Shown here piece by piece: positions 32,482-44,596 of a stretch of 64,000 nucleotides of DNA (within the stretch, counting starts at the first letter, position 1; every line of letters starts with the position of its first letter). The position numbers and the translations under genes were made by a program. Origin of the DNA: Escherichia coli (lineage in GTDB: Bacteria; Pseudomonadota; Gammaproteobacteria; Enterobacterales; Enterobacteriaceae); assembly GCF_003334785.1 (NCBI RefSeq), contig NZ_QOWV01000019.1; one strand, written 5' to 3'. The notes beneath the pieces are model-generated. The model was not told the DNA's origin and made no database searches. It worked only from the letters and a program-made list of their open reading frames with translations.

Positions 32482-32840
32482 TGCAGTCTCTCGATCCACT
32501 CTTCGCGCGTTTATCCCGTTCAAAATTTCGCTCTCGCTTTCGTCTGGGCATGAAAGAGCGTCAGTATTGCCTGGAGAAAGGCGCGCCAGTCATCGAACAA
32601 CATGCGGCGGATTTTGTCGCTAAACGTCTTGCTCCGGCATTACCGGCTAATGACGGTAAGCAAACCCCCATGCGCGGGCATCCGGTGTTTATCGCTCAGC
32701 ACGCCACCGCGACCTGCTGTCGCGGTTGTCTGGCTAAGTGGCATAACATTCCGCAGGGTGTTTCGTTAAGCGAAGAACAACAACGTTATATCGTGGCGGT
32801 AATCTATCACTGGCTGGTTGTACAGATGAATCAGCCATGA
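32481..32840 (+). CDS. yneG: Uncharacterized protein YneG, 119 aa
   Basis: ORF track; start overlaps glsB stop. Confidence 0.7.
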   Translation: MQSLDPLFARLSRSKFRSRFRLGMKERQYCLEKGAPVIEQHAADFVAKRLAPALPANDGKQTPMRGHPVFIAQHATATCCRGCLAKWHNIPQGVSLSEEQQRYIVAVIYHWLVVQMNQP

Positions 32841-32951
32841 GAATTGCGGAAAACGACAAAATAGCATTCCCAGGGTACCTTTATTTGCCGCCGCTGTCAG
32901 CGAACATGCTATCTTGGTTCGGTCAGTATTGATAGTCTGGATTTCTGGCCT

Positions 32952-33899
32952 TTGCTTGCGGACTGGTTCAGTGAGCAATTCTCAACGGGCGTGTTGATCG
33001 TGCCTTGTATGCTGACGTTGGCTATTCCTGGAGTGCTGCCGCGCTTTAAAGCAGAACAGATGATGCCCGCCATCGCGCTTATTGTGTCGGTTATTGCCTC
33101 GGTAGTCATTGGCGGAGCGGGGAGTCTGGCGTTCCCGCTGCCTGCATTAATCTGGTGTGCAGTGCGCTATACGCCGCAGGTAACATGTCTGTTGACCTTT
33201 GTCACCGGTGCGGTGGAAATCGTACTGGTGGCAAATTCGGTGATTGATATCTCGGTCGGTTCGCCGTTCTCCATTCCGCAAATGTTCTCCGCACGTCTCG
33301 GTATTGCCACGATGGCGATATGCCCAATTATGGTTTCTTTTAGCGTGGCAGCGATCAATTCGCTAATGAAGCAAGTTGCGCTGCGAGCCGACTTTGATTT
33401 TCTGACTCAGGTTTACTCACGGTCCGGTCTTTATGAGGCGCTGAAAAGTCCATCGCTGAAACAGACACAACATCTGACTGTCATGCTGCTTGATATCGAC
33501 TATTTCAAAAGCATTAACGATAACTATGGACATGAATGTGGCGATAAAGTGTTAAGCGTGTTTGCCCGGCATATTCAGAAGATTGTCGGTGATAAGGGGC
33601 TGGTGGCGCGAATGGGCGGCGAAGAATTTGCTGTTGCAGTGCCGTCGGTGAATCCTGTCGATGGTCTGCTAATGGCGGAAAAAATCCGTAAAGGCGTTGA
33701 ACTGCAACCATTCACCTGGCAACAAAAAACGCTTTATCTCACGGTAAGTATTGGCGTCGGTAGTGGTCGCGCATCGTACCTAACGCTGACCGATGACTTT
33801 AATAAATTGATGGTCGAAGCCGATACGTGTCTGTATCGCTCGAAGAAAGATGGGCGCAACCGTACCAGCACTATGCGTTACGGTGAGGAAGTTGTCTGA
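32952..33899 (+). CDS. dgcF: Membrane-anchored diguanylate cyclase DgcF (GGDEF), 315 aa
   Basis: ORF track; N-terminal TM helices; GGEEF motif (RMGGEEFAVAV). Confidence 0.8.
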   Translation: MLADWFSEQFSTGVLIVPCMLTLAIPGVLPRFKAEQMMPAIALIVSVIASVVIGGAGSLAFPLPALIWCAVRYTPQVTCLLTFVTGAVEIVLVANSVIDISVGSPFSIPQMFSARLGIATMAICPIMVSFSVAAINSLMKQVALRADFDFLTQVYSRSGLYEALKSPSLKQTQHLTVMLLDIDYFKSINDNYGHECGDKVLSVFARHIQKIVGDKGLVARMGGEEFAVAVPSVNPVDGLLMAEKIRKGVELQPFTWQQKTLYLTVSIGVGSGRASYLTLTDDFNKLMVEADTCLYRSKKDGRNRTSTMRYGEEVV

Positions 33900-34125
33900 C
33901 ATCTTTATTCATTACGCGCGATTTGAATGCAATGTGTTCTACCACTTTATGATCCAGGAAAAGGCGTTTTTCCTCGATTAAACCATGATCCGCGCCACAC
34001 TTTTCTCATAAAACTGCTCATTAATCATCAGGAGTTGATCAAAACAGGGGTTCGGCGTATTAAAGTTTGCTAACCTGTCGTACCAATTCAAACAGGTTGT
34101 ATGACTAATCAGAAGGGAACCCATT

Positions 34126-35577
34126 GTGAAAACACTAAATCGTCGCGATTTTCCCGGTGCACAGTATCCAGAACGTATCATTCAGTTTGGTGAAGGTAAC
34201 TTCCTGCGCGCCTTTGTTGACTGGCAAATCGATCTCCTGAATGAGCACACCGATCTGAATTCTGGCGTGGTCGTTGTTCGTCCGATTGAAACTTCATTCC
34301 CGCCGTCACTGAGCACGCAGGATGGTCTGTACACCACCATTATCCGTGGCCTGAATGAGAAGGGGGAAGCGGTCAGCGACGCGCGTCTGATTCGCTCGGT
34401 TAATCGTGAAATCAGCGTCTACAGTGAATACGATGAATTCCTGAAACTGGCGCACAACCCGGAAATGCGCTTTGTTTTCTCTAACACCACCGAAGCGGGT
34501 ATCAGCTACCATGCGGGCGATAAATTCGATGACGCGCCAGCGGTAAGCTATCCGGCAAAACTGACCCGTCTGCTGTTCGAACGCTTTAGCCATTTCAACG
34601 GTGCGCTGGATAAAGGTTGGATCATCATTCCGTGTGAGTTGATTGACTACAATGGCGACGCGTTGCGTGAACTGGTGCTGCGCTATGCGCAAGAGTGGGC
34701 ACTGCCAGAAGCATTTATTCAATGGCTGGATCAGGCTAACAGCTTCTGTTCTACGCTGGTGGACCGTATCGTTACCGGTTATCCGCGCGATGAAGTGGCT
34801 AAACTGGAAGAAGAACTGGGTTATCACGATGGTTTTCTCGACACCGCTGAACACTTTTACCTGTTTGTGATTCAGGGACCGAAATCCTTAGCGACTGAAC
34901 TGCGTCTGGACAAATATCCGCTCAACGTGCTGATTGTTGACGATATTAAACCGTACAAAGAACGCAAAGTGGCAATCCTCAACGGTGCGCACACCGCGCT
35001 GGTGCCGGTGGCGTTCCAGGCAGGGCTGGATACCGTAGGTGAAGCGATGAACGATGCTGAAATTTGCGCATTCGTTGAAAAAGCTATCTACGAAGAAATT
35101 ATTCCGGTACTGGATTTGCCTCGTGATGAACTGGAATCTTTCGCCAGTGCAGTCACCGGGCGTTTCCGTAACCCGTACATTAAGCATCAGCTGCTGTCTA
35201 TCGCGCTCAACGGTATGACCAAGTTCCGCACCCGCATCCTGCCACAGCTGCTGGCAGGGCAGAAGGCAAACGGCACACTTCCGGCGCGCCTTACTTTCGC
35301 ATTAGCGGCATTGATTGCGTTCTATCGTGGTGAGCGTAACGGCGAAACATATCCGGTACAGGACGATGCACACTGGCTGGAACGTTATCAGCAACTCTGG
35401 AGCCAGCATCGTGACCGTGTTATCGGCACCCAGGAACTGGTAGCGATTGTTTTGGCAGAAAAAGACCACTGGGAGCAGGACCTGACGCAAGTGCCTGGTC
35501 TGGTCGAGCAGGTTGCTAATGACCTGGATGCGATTCTCGAAAAAGGGATGCGCGAAGCTGTACGTCCGTTGTGCTAA
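34126..35577 (+). CDS. uxaB: Altronate oxidoreductase (tagaturonate reductase) UxaB, 483 aa, GTG start
   Basis: ORF track; [30 protein letters not shown]. Confidence 0.9.
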   Translation: MKTLNRRDFPGAQYPERIIQFGEGNFLRAFVDWQIDLLNEHTDLNSGVVVVRPIETSFPPSLSTQDGLYTTIIRGLNEKGEAVSDARLIRSVNREISVYSEYDEFLKLAHNPEMRFVFSNTTEAGISYHAGDKFDDAPAVSYPAKLTRLLFERFSHFNGALDKGWIIIPCELIDYNGDALRELVLRYAQEWALPEAFIQWLDQANSFCSTLVDRIVTGYPRDEVAKLEEELGYHDGFLDTAEHFYLFVIQGPKSLATELRLDKYPLNVLIVDDIKPYKERKVAILNGAHTALVPVAFQAGLDTVGEAMNDAEICAFVEKAIYEEIIPVLDLPRDELESFASAVTGRFRNPYIKHQLLSIALNGMTKFRTRILPQLLAGQKANGTLPARLTFALAALIAFYRGERNGETYPVQDDAHWLERYQQLWSQHRDRVIGTQELVAIVLAEKDHWEQDLTQVPGLVEQVANDLDAILEKGMREAVRPLC

Positions 35578-35783
35578 TAACACCGTTACTTCTGAACCCG
35601 GTTTCGACCGGGTTTCTTATTTCACCATATTAGTTACAACATCCTATATGCCTTTATCATTAACAGGTGCCACATGCAGCGCCTGCTAATGTTGTAAGCT
35701 TGTAGGTAATTTGTAAGTAGCGTCTTGAGAATGTGATCGTAATCACGTTTAATAGGGCGACTTTTCCACGCCTGAAGATAACC

Positions 35784-36698
35784 ATGATTGTTCGTCCACA
35801 ACAACACTGGCTGCGCCGTATTTTTGTCTGGCACGGCTCAGTATTATCCAAGATATCCTCGCGCTTACTACTCAATTTTCTCTTTTCTATCGCTGTTATT
35901 TTCATGCTGCCCTGGTACACGCATCTGGGCATCAAATTCACCCTCGCACCGTTCAGCATTCTCGGTGTCGCCATCGCCATTTTTCTTGGTTTTCGTAATA
36001 ATGCCGGGTACGCCCGTTACGTTGAAGCGCGAAAACTTTGGGGGCAGTTGATGATTGCCTCACGGTCGTTACTGCGCGAGGTAAAAACGACATTGCCGGA
36101 TTCGGCAAGTGTAAGGGAGTTTGCCCGGCTGCAAATCGCTTTCGCCCACTGTTTACGCATGACATTACGCAAACAGCCACAGGCGGAAGTGCTGGCTCAT
36201 TATCTCAAGACTGAAGATCTTCAGCGTGTACTGGCTTCGAACTCTCCAGCTAACCGTATCTTGTTAATAATGGGAGAATGGTTGGCGGTTCAGCGCCGCA
36301 ATGGACAGCTTTCAGATATCCTGTTTATTAGCCTCAACGATCGGCTTAATGATATTTCAGCGGTCCTGGCAGGATGCGAGCGCATTGCCTATACGCCAAT
36401 TCCCTTTGCCTACACCCTGATTTTGCATCGTACCGTTTATCTGTTTTGTATCATGCTGCCGTTCGCGCTGGTCGTGGACCTGCATTACATGACGCCTTTT
36501 ATCTCTGTGCTGATTTCCTACACTTTTATTTCGCTGGATTGTCTGGCGGAAGAACTGGAAGATCCGTTCGGTACTGAAAACAATGATTTACCACTGGATG
36601 CCATCTGCAACGCTATTGAAATTGACCTGTTACAGATGAACGATGAAGCCGAAATTCCAGCAAAAATTCTTCCCGATCGTCATTACCAGCTGACGTGA
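35784..36698 (+). CDS. yneE: Bestrophin-like membrane protein YneE, 304 aa
   Basis: ORF track frame 35733..36698; ATG at 35784. Confidence 0.75.
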   Translation: MIVRPQQHWLRRIFVWHGSVLSKISSRLLLNFLFSIAVIFMLPWYTHLGIKFTLAPFSILGVAIAIFLGFRNNAGYARYVEARKLWGQLMIASRSLLREVKTTLPDSASVREFARLQIAFAHCLRMTLRKQPQAEVLAHYLKTEDLQRVLASNSPANRILLIMGEWLAVQRRNGQLSDILFISLNDRLNDISAVLAGCERIAYTPIPFAYTLILHRTVYLFCIMLPFALVVDLHYMTPFISVLISYTFISLDCLAEELEDPFGTENNDLPLDAICNAIEIDLLQMNDEAEIPAKILPDRHYQLT

Positions 36699-36701
36699 TA
36701 T

Positions 36702-37460
36702 TTACTCCATACGCCGGGCAACAATAAACAGACGCGGAAATGCCAGCAGTATCTGTCCGTTCTCTTGCAGTGGATACTGCTCTTCCAGCATCTGATGGTA
36801 GCGCTTAAGAAAAAGCTGCTGTTCGCTCTCGGTCAGATCCTGTAACCACGGACGTAATCCAGTGGCAGTCACCCAATCGATAATCGCCTGGTGTGACGGC
36901 ATCTGGTGATAGTAGGTGGTTCGCCAGATATCGACCTCACATCCGGCTTCGCTCAAAATATCGTAGTAAGCATGAACGCCAGCCAACGGCTCACGCCCGC
37001 GATCCGGGTAGTTTTGTTCCCAGGCAACTTCGCGCATGAGCACATGGGTCGGCTCCAGCCAGTTATCTGGCATCTGTACTGCCAGCACGCCCTGCGGATT
37101 AAGTAAAGAAACCAGATGAGGAAACAATTCGTAGTGGTCGGGCAGCCATTGCAGTGAGGCATTAGCAAAAATCAGATCGAGTGCCTGTACCGGTTGCCAG
37201 TTGCGGATGTCTGCTTCCACGAACTGGCAGTCTGGCAAAGCACTGCGCGCTTCAGCAATCATCGCCGGAGACGAGTCGATGCCTGTTATCCTGGCCGCAG
37301 GCCAACGTTGTTGTAGAAGGGCGGTGCTGTTACCTGGGCCACAGCCAAGATCGGCAACATATTCGACATTTTCCAGCGGCACTCTGGCAAGCAGCTCCAC
37401 CGCCGGACGCGATCGTTCAGCGGAAAAGTGTAGATATAAAGAGGGGTTCCAGTCAGACAT
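36702..37460 (-). CDS. tam: Trans-aconitate 2-methyltransferase Tam, 252 aa
   Basis: ORF track; SAM-binding motif DLGCGPG. Confidence 0.85.
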
Positions 37461-37516
37461 TTTTTTACTCCCGTCAGCGCGTTACCCCAATTGTAGATAA
37501 AATTGATAAATTCGCC

Positions 37517-37807
37517 TCACGGCATCAAACCATTGAACAGACGTTTTTTACGCGGCCCGGTCATTAAAGATTCCAGTTTCGCGACACAGGTTTTGTAGTG
37601 GGGCGTGGTTTTATGGAACGCCACTGCGTCTTCATCTTTATAGGCTTCGTAGATATAAAAGCGCGAATTCACTTCCGGGTCCTGTAAGACATCGAAGCGC
37701 AAATTGCCTTCTTCCTGTACAGAGCCCAGGTGGTTCTGGCGAAAAACTTCGATAAACTCGTCAACCTTGTCTTCATGAACGTTAATTTCAACCAGTGTGA
37801 CGTGCAT
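37517..37807 (-). CDS. lsrG: (4S)-4-hydroxy-5-phosphonooxypentane-2,3-dione isomerase LsrG, 96 aa
   Basis: ORF track. Confidence 0.9.
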   Translation of the reverse strand: MHVTLVEINVHEDKVDEFIEVFRQNHLGSVQEEGNLRFDVLQDPEVNSRFYIYEAYKDEDAVAFHKTTPHYKTCVAKLESLMTGPRKKRLFNGLMP

Positions 37808-37830
37808 AATTCTTCTCCTTAGATCCGCAG

Positions 37831-38706
37831 TTACTGTTTTTCACTCAGATAGAGTTCATATGCCCGATCAGCCGTTTCGTTATGGTGAACCACCGCCTGT
37901 ACGGCTTTCATCATCGCCACCGGATGGTCAGACTGGAAAATATTACGCCCCATATCCACACCAGAAGCGCCCTGATCGATAGCCTGCCAGCACATTTCCA
38001 GCGCCTCGCGCTCCGGTAATTTTTTACCGCCAGCAATAACAATGGGTACCGGACATCCGGCAACAATCCGTTCAAAACCTTTTTCGACATAATAGGTTTT
38101 GATAATTTGCGCCCCCATTTCAGCGGCGATTCGAGTCGCGAGCGAGAAATAACGCTGATCGCGCACCATATCTTTGCCCACGCCAGTCACGGCCATGGTC
38201 GGCATTCCCACTTTCATTCCGGCATCAACCAGCTGAATAATATTTTTGATCGACTGATGTTCATATTCGCTGCCGATATAAACCTGCGCCGCCACCGCGC
38301 AACTGTTCAGGCGCACGGCGTCATCCATCGATAACGCCACGGCTTCATTACTTAATTCCGCCAGAATAGAGTTCGCACCTGACGCCCGCAGTACCACCGG
38401 CCTATTGGTCGCAGGGGGAACTACGCTGCGCAAAATGCCGCGCGTACACATTAATACATCGGCATGTTCAAACAGCGGGGCGATATTTATATCAATGCGT
38501 TCAAGTCCGGTAGTCGGTCCCTGAAAATAACCATGGTCAAAAGCCAGCATCACGGTTTTACCCGTTTTCGGATTAAATATCCGCGATAAGCGTGACTGCA
38601 TTCCCCAATCCAGCGCACCGCAACCTTTCAGGGTAAAAGGGATATTTTTTTGCGGTTGATCGGTACGAAAATCTTTACCATCTTTAATATCGTCTAAATC
38701 TGCCAT
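37831..38706 (-). CDS. lsrF: LsrF thiolase (class I aldolase fold), 291 aa
   Basis: ORF track. Confidence 0.9.
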   Translation of the reverse strand: MADLDDIKDGKDFRTDQPQKNIPFTLKGCGALDWGMQSRLSRIFNPKTGKTVMLAFDHGYFQGPTTGLERIDINIAPLFEHADVLMCTRGILRSVVPPATNRPVVLRASGANSILAELSNEAVALSMDDAVRLNSCAVAAQVYIGSEYEHQSIKNIIQLVDAGMKVGMPTMAVTGVGKDMVRDQRYFSLATRIAAEMGAQIIKTYYVEKGFERIVAGCPVPIVIAGGKKLPEREALEMCWQAIDQGASGVDMGRNIFQSDHPVAMMKAVQAVVHHNETADRAYELYLSEKQ

Positions 38707-38732
38707 AACTTACTCCGGTTAAGTAATGCACA

Positions 38733-39755
38733 TCAGAAATCGTATTTGCCGATATTCTCTTTGTTGAATATCACGCGCTCCGGTAACAGTACGATGCCAT
38801 TACCATCCGCTTCGTAGTCATAGCCCTGAACGCTGTTTGGCGAGACTTCAACCTGACCTACGCCCTTGATATCCAGCTTGTCGCCCGTTTTCATTGATCC
38901 TTTTTTCAATAATGCATCCGCGACATACACTGAAATTTTGCCTTGCTGAACCACATCCCACAGGCCAAATTCTTTCACCGTGCCGCGCTCTACATACGGG
39001 CGCATCACATTTGGCGTACTGAATCCGACAATCGCTACTTTGTCATTTTTCAAGTTTTCTGCGGCTTGTGCGGCAGCGGGCAGGGCGTTGGCATCGGGGG
39101 CGATAATGGCGTCGAGATCGCTATACGCTTTTAATATTCCTTCTGCGGTTTGTAACGATTTAGTGGCATCGTTATAGCCAAACTGCGTAGTGACAATTTC
39201 CCAGCCTGGATGCTCTTTGGCGATTTTCGCTTTCGCTTCTTTCACCCACTGGTTTTGGTCCGTAACGGTGGGGCTTGAGTAGAAAAACGCGACTTTGGCT
39301 TTGTCTTTATTCACCTGACGCGCCGCCATATCCACCAACATACCTCCTAACTGGGCGGGCGTTCCCTGATTAATGTAGTAAGAGCGGCACTCCGGTTTAG
39401 TATCAGAGTCCCAGGTCAGCACTCTCACACCACGTTGCATGGCGCGTTTCAGTGCCGGACACAAGCCATCAGGCGAAACCGCAGAAACGATAATGGCGTT
39501 ATAACCTTGATTGACGAAGTTATTAATCAACTGTACCTGACCAGAAACACTGGGTTCTGTCGGCCCGTCGTAGGTCACATCAACGCCCAGCTCTTTACCC
39601 GCTTGTTGTGCGCCGTTGCCACCGCTGGTAAAAAATCCCACGCCAACCAGTTTGGGAATAAATGCAATACGCTCTGCGGCCTGCACATTCATAGAGATTG
39701 CGGCAATGCCAAGAGCACTAAGTAAGGCGATTTTCTTAAAGCGATGAAGTGTCAT
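38733..39755 (-). CDS. lsrB: Autoinducer-2 periplasmic binding protein LsrB, 340 aa
   Basis: ORF track; signal peptide. Confidence 0.9.
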
Positions 39756-39766
39756 GAAGATATCCT

Positions 39767-40759
39767 TTATGGCAATGGGTTATTGGCCCGACGCGCCAGC
39801 CACTCTTTAATTTGCTGGCGATGCAGGCTAACGGAACGACCTACGACAACGACGATAAGTAGCGCACCGGAAAGGGCGCTGGACACCTGATTTGGCACTC
39901 CTGCCATTTGCAAACCTTGTTGCAAATATCCCACTAATAAAACCGCAATGGCGGTGCCGATAATGGAACCGGAACCACCATAAATATTGGCCCCGCCAAG
40001 CACCACGGCGGTGATGGCGGGCATCAGAAACGACGCACCGAGATCGGAACGTGCTGAACCAAAATACGATACCAGCAGCACAGCGGCGACCGCAGACGCC
40101 AGCCCCGTCATGGCATAGAGCGCACATAAGGTACGGTTAACTGGAATCGCGCTATAAAGCGCCACGCGCGGGCTTTGCCCAATCAAAAACACATTACGTC
40201 CGGCATGGGTTTTATGCAGCCAGAGCCAGAAAACGAGGAGACATATCAGGAAGATAATCAGCGGAACGGGGAGTCCCAGCACATCCAGGTTAGCGAAATC
40301 TGTAAACGCCATCGGGAATCCACCAATACCTTCGTACCCCGTCGCTCCGGCCATACCGGAAAGCAGCAGAGCGCTTCCGGCAAACAGATACAGCGTGCCA
40401 AGCGTAATCACCAGCGGGTTAACTTTGGTATAGATAATTAATCCGGCGTTGATCAGCCCGCACAATGCGCCGAGCAGTAAGGTCAGGAGTATCGCCAGCG
40501 GCATCGGCACACCACTTTGAAACAGTACGCCCAATGCAATGGCGCAGAGGCCGATGGTCGAACCAAACGAAATATCGATCCCGCCACTGACAATCACCAT
40601 CGTTAGCGGTAGGGCGACAATGCCAATGCAGATAAAGTCACTGGTGCTGAACAGCAACATATTGAGATCTAACATTCGCGGGTTAATTGCACCAAATGCG
40701 ACAATCTCAATAACGAGCAGTGCGGCAAGAGCCAGTTCCCAACCGTAGCGAATACGCAT
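39767..40759 (-). CDS. lsrD: AI-2 ABC transporter permease LsrD, 330 aa
   Basis: ORF track. Confidence 0.9.
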
Positions 40760-41787
40760 TATGCGGCCTCCCGTTTTTTACCTGACGAAGCGGGTTTAAC
40801 GGATGGCGGTGGCGTCATAAAGCGGGCATATTTTTGCCGCCGTAGATTACGTTCCAGCGCACAACGCAGGCGTCCATCAAACACCAGCACCGCCAGCAGA
40901 ACCAGACCCGCGATAAAATCATTCCACCATGCCGGAATGCGCAACAGCACCAGTACGCTATCGATCTGCGTCAGGAACCATGCGCCGAGTACCGCACCAA
41001 TGATCGCACCGGAACCACCGAGCAAACTAATGCCGCCCAGCACGCAGGCTGCAATTGCTTTCATCTCCAGCCCGGTACCGGTCTGGTTGGGGATAAAACC
41101 AATCTGCGAAGCAAACACAATTCCCGCCAGTGCCGCCATGCAGCCGTTCAACGAAAATGCCACAATGCGAATGGCTTCAGTACGAACGCCCAGTTGACGA
41201 GCGCCCTGTAAATTATCGCCCGTGGCATAAAAACTGCGTCCAAACGCCGTCTTTGCCAGCAGCCAGGCCATAAATGCCACCAGAATTATCGTCAACCAAC
41301 CAATTGCTGAAACGCCAAGCAGCAGCGGGGCGGAGAGCTGTTTCAGTTCGGCGGGTAACCCTTCAATCCATTTGCCGCCAGTCCACAGCAACATGATGCC
41401 TCTGTACAACCCTAACGTGCCAAGGGTGGCAACAATGGCAGGGATCTTTAGCCACGCGACCAGGACACCGTTGAAAAATCCCGCGAGCAAACCAAGCAGT
41501 AAAGTCGCGACACAAGCAACAGGTAGTGAATATCCTGCGTTCAGTAACATCCCCAACAGCACCGCGCACATTCCGGTAATCGAACCCACTGAAACATCAA
41601 TATTGCGCGTAAGCATTACCAGCGTCGCGCCCATTGCCAGCAGGATCAGGATTTGCGCGCTGCTATAAACCATGGTCAGCGTTTGCACACTTAAATACTG
41701 GAGGTCGAGAAAACCGGGTAATACAAACAGCAGCACCACCGCCAGCAGTGCCGTGATTTCACGGTTGTTCTGAATAAACTTCAGCAT
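40759..41787 (-). CDS. lsrC: AI-2 ABC transporter permease LsrC, 342 aa
   Basis: ORF track; stop overlaps lsrD start. Confidence 0.9.
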   Translation of the reverse strand: MLKFIQNNREITALLAVVLLFVLPGFLDLQYLSVQTLTMVYSSAQILILLAMGATLVMLTRNIDVSVGSITGMCAVLLGMLLNAGYSLPVACVATLLLGLLAGFFNGVLVAWLKIPAIVATLGTLGLYRGIMLLWTGGKWIEGLPAELKQLSAPLLLGVSAIGWLTIILVAFMAWLLAKTAFGRSFYATGDNLQGARQLGVRTEAIRIVAFSLNGCMAALAGIVFASQIGFIPNQTGTGLEMKAIAACVLGGISLLGGSGAIIGAVLGAWFLTQIDSVLVLLRIPAWWNDFIAGLVLLAVLVFDGRLRCALERNLRRQKYARFMTPPPSVKPASSGKKREAA

Positions 41788-43316
41788 GACGCCTCCTGAC
41801 GCTGACTATCGCCGAAGGCAACGCGCATAATAGTCTCGACATTAATATCGCGCTCGGTCAGTGCAGAGTGGGTAATTTCGCCCTGATGCATCACATACAC
41901 ACGATCTGCCATCAGTTCGATCTCTTCCAGGTCGGAGGAGATAAGCAGCACAGCCACATTTTGTGCGGCGATGCTGCGCAACAGCTGGTAGATATCATTA
42001 CGGGCCGAGACATCCACGCCGCGCGTCGGCTCATCGACAATCAATACTTGCGGCGAAGCTTCCAGGCATTTGGCAATGAGGATTTTTTGCTGGTTGCCAC
42101 CGGATAATGTCCGTGCAGCTTGTTCCGGTTGGTTGAATTTAATATTCAGCGCCCGACGATAACGTTCCAGGGTGGCATTATCTTTCGCGGTTTTCGCCCA
42201 GAATCCACGAAGGTTATGAGTAAGGGCGCAGACGTTCCAGGCCAGCGAAGCATCGAGATTCAGTCCGGATGACTGGCGATCTTCCGGCAGATAAACCAGA
42301 CCGCGCAGTAAACGTTCTCCAGTGGATAATTTATTGATCTCTTTACCATTCAGCATAATGCGTCCGCCACGCAAAGTACGCAGACCATAGAGCGTCTCGG
42401 CCAGTTCTGTGCGTCCGGCCCCCACCAGCCCAGCCAGGCCCAGAATTTCTCCGGCATTGAGCGTCAGGCTGACATTCCTGAAACCTTCGCCGGTCAGATT
42501 TTCCAGTGTCAGCACCGGCGTTCCGGCGGCATGTTGTGGGCGGTTACCAGGTAACTCCAGCCATAATTTTTGGCTGGCAGAGAGCGATTTTTCCCGTACC
42601 GCTGGGGTGATGGCCTGAATAATGTCGTCGGTAGACAGTTCGCTGGTTTTGCCGCTTAAGGCGATGGTTCCGTCGCGCATCACGCTAATTCGATCGGCAA
42701 TCTGGCGAATTTCCGGCAGCTTATGCGAGATAAAAACAATACCCACGCCAGTAGCAAGCAGCTCTTGCAAGCGACTAAACAAGCGTTCGGTTTCCGCAGG
42801 GGTAAGCGAGGCGGTAGGTTCATCGAGGATCAGAATCCGCGAGTCGCGCATCAGCCCGCGGAGGATTTCCACCATTTGGCGATCGGCGACATCCAGCGAT
42901 CCTGCCAGACTATGCAGATCAAACTGGCAGCCCAGCGCCGCCAGCAAGTTCTTCATTTTCTGCATGGAGAGCTGTTTTTTTGCCAGCCCAAACAGGATGT
43001 TTTCTTTTATCGACAGGCTTGGGAAAAGCAGCGGTTCCTGGGGAACGAGATAAATACCCAGCTGATGAGCATGAACTGGCGTTAATCTGACGTAGTTGTT
43101 GCCCTCAATCTCCAGCGTACCGCTATCAGCAGGGGTAATACCGGCAATAATCTTCATTAACGTCGATTTACCGGCACCATTGCCGCCGAGCAGGGCGTGG
43201 ACCTCCCCCTGATGCAACGTAAAATCGATGCCTTTCAGGACATTGACCCCTGAATACTGTTTATAAACCGAGCGGGCGCAAAGTAGCGGTAACGCGCGGG
43301 TATCACTCGTTTGCAT
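41781..43316 (-). CDS. lsrA: AI-2 ABC transporter ATPase LsrA (two ABC domains), 511 aa
   Basis: ORF track; Walker [10 protein letters not shown]; 7-nt overlap with lsrC. Confidence 0.9.
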   Translation of the reverse strand: MQTSDTRALPLLCARSVYKQYSGVNVLKGIDFTLHQGEVHALLGGNGAGKSTLMKIIAGITPADSGTLEIEGNNYVRLTPVHAHQLGIYLVPQEPLLFPSLSIKENILFGLAKKQLSMQKMKNLLAALGCQFDLHSLAGSLDVADRQMVEILRGLMRDSRILILDEPTASLTPAETERLFSRLQELLATGVGIVFISHKLPEIRQIADRISVMRDGTIALSGKTSELSTDDIIQAITPAVREKSLSASQKLWLELPGNRPQHAAGTPVLTLENLTGEGFRNVSLTLNAGEILGLAGLVGAGRTELAETLYGLRTLRGGRIMLNGKEINKLSTGERLLRGLVYLPEDRQSSGLNLDASLAWNVCALTHNLRGFWAKTAKDNATLERYRRALNIKFNQPEQAARTLSGGNQQKILIAKCLEASPQVLIVDEPTRGVDVSARNDIYQLLRSIAAQNVAVLLISSDLEEIELMADRVYVMHQGEITHSALTERDINVETIMRVAFGDSQRQEASC

Positions 43317-43480
43317 ATTTCCCCCGTTCAGTTTTGCAGGTGAGTTTTGAACAAATGTATTTCTGCTTTTAATTTGTTCATAACCTTAGGTGGACATTGC
43401 ACATATTTCCGACGAATAGATCACAATTTATGCTATTTTGATTTTCACGGTTGCGTTTGTTCATGCTCGTAGAGTCAAAC

Positions 43481-43496
43481 TGTGGTTGCCATCACA
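43481..43496. promoter_or_regulatory. CRP-site-like palindrome TGTGG-N6-TCACA in the lsrA-lsrR divergent promoter region
   Basis: Sequence TGTGGttgccaTCACA matches the TGTGA-N6-TCACA CRP consensus at 9 of 10 half-site positions. Confidence 0.6.
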
Positions 43497-43564
43497 GATA
43501 TAAATGAGCAAGAACTGAACAATTGCATTAAAGATTTAAATATGTTCAAAGTGAAGAATGAATT

Positions 43565-44518
43565 ATGACAATCAACGATTCGGCAATTTCAGAACAGGGA
43601 ATGTGTGAAGAAGAACAGGTCGCGCGGATCGCGTGGTTTTACTATCACGACGGGCTGACCCAGAGCGAGATCAGCGATCGTCTCGGCCTGACACGTTTGA
43701 AAGTGTCGCGATTGCTGGAGAAAGGGCATCAGTCCGGCATTATTCGCGTACAGATTAATTCTCGCTTTGAAGGCTGTCTGGAATATGAAACTCAATTACG
43801 TCGTCAGTTTTCGCTGCAACATGTCCGGGTGATCCCTGGGCTTGCGGATGCTGATGTCGGTGGGCGACTGGGGATAGGCGCGGCGCATATGTTGATGAGT
43901 TTACTTCAACCACAACAGATGCTGGCGATTGGTTTTGGCGAGGCAACCATGAATACGCTGCAACGCTTAAGTGGTTTTATTTCGTCACAGCAAATTCGCC
44001 TGGTCACGCTCTCCGGTGGCGTCGGTTCTTATATGACGGGAATCGGGCAGCTTAACGCGGCGTGCAGTGTGAATATTATTCCGGCTCCGTTGCGGGCATC
44101 CTCCGCTGACATTGCCCGTACGCTAAAAAATGAAAATTGCGTCAAAGATGTTCTGTTAGCCGCGCAAGCAGCGGATGTGGCGATTGTCGGCATTGGTGCT
44201 GTGAGTCAACAGGACGATGCGACAATCATTCGCTCCGGTTATATCAGCCAGGGCGAACAGTTAATGATTGGCCGAAAAGGGGCGGTTGGCGACATTTTAG
44301 GCTACTTTTTTGATGCAAAAGGTGACGTTGTCACGAATATCAAAATACATAACGAACTGATTGGCTTACCTTTAAGCGCGCTGAAGACCATACCCGTCCG
44401 GGTTGGCGTGGCAGGGGGAGAAAATAAAGCCGAAGCAATTGCCGCTGCAATGAAAGGCGGTTATATCAACGCACTGGTTACCGATCAGGACACAGCAGCG
44501 GCGATTTTACGTAGTTAA
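43565..44518 (+). CDS. lsrR: Repressor LsrR (SorC family), 317 aa
   Basis: ORF track. Confidence 0.9.
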   Translation: MTINDSAISEQGMCEEEQVARIAWFYYHDGLTQSEISDRLGLTRLKVSRLLEKGHQSGIIRVQINSRFEGCLEYETQLRRQFSLQHVRVIPGLADADVGGRLGIGAAHMLMSLLQPQQMLAIGFGEATMNTLQRLSGFISSQQIRLVTLSGGVGSYMTGIGQLNAACSVNIIPAPLRASSADIARTLKNENCVKDVLLAAQAADVAIVGIGAVSQQDDATIIRSGYISQGEQLMIGRKGAVGDILGYFFDAKGDVVTNIKIHNELIGLPLSALKTIPVRVGVAGGENKAEAIAAAMKGGYINALVTDQDTAAAILRS

Positions 44519-44596
44519 ATTTGCATGACCTTATTACCGGGAATGATGGAGAACGTATAGAGGAACAGACAGAACGCATAAGCCGAGGATAATCTA

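Noticed and set aside
34306-34854. 182-aa minus-strand ORF
   Set aside because: Entirely inside and antisense to uxaB.
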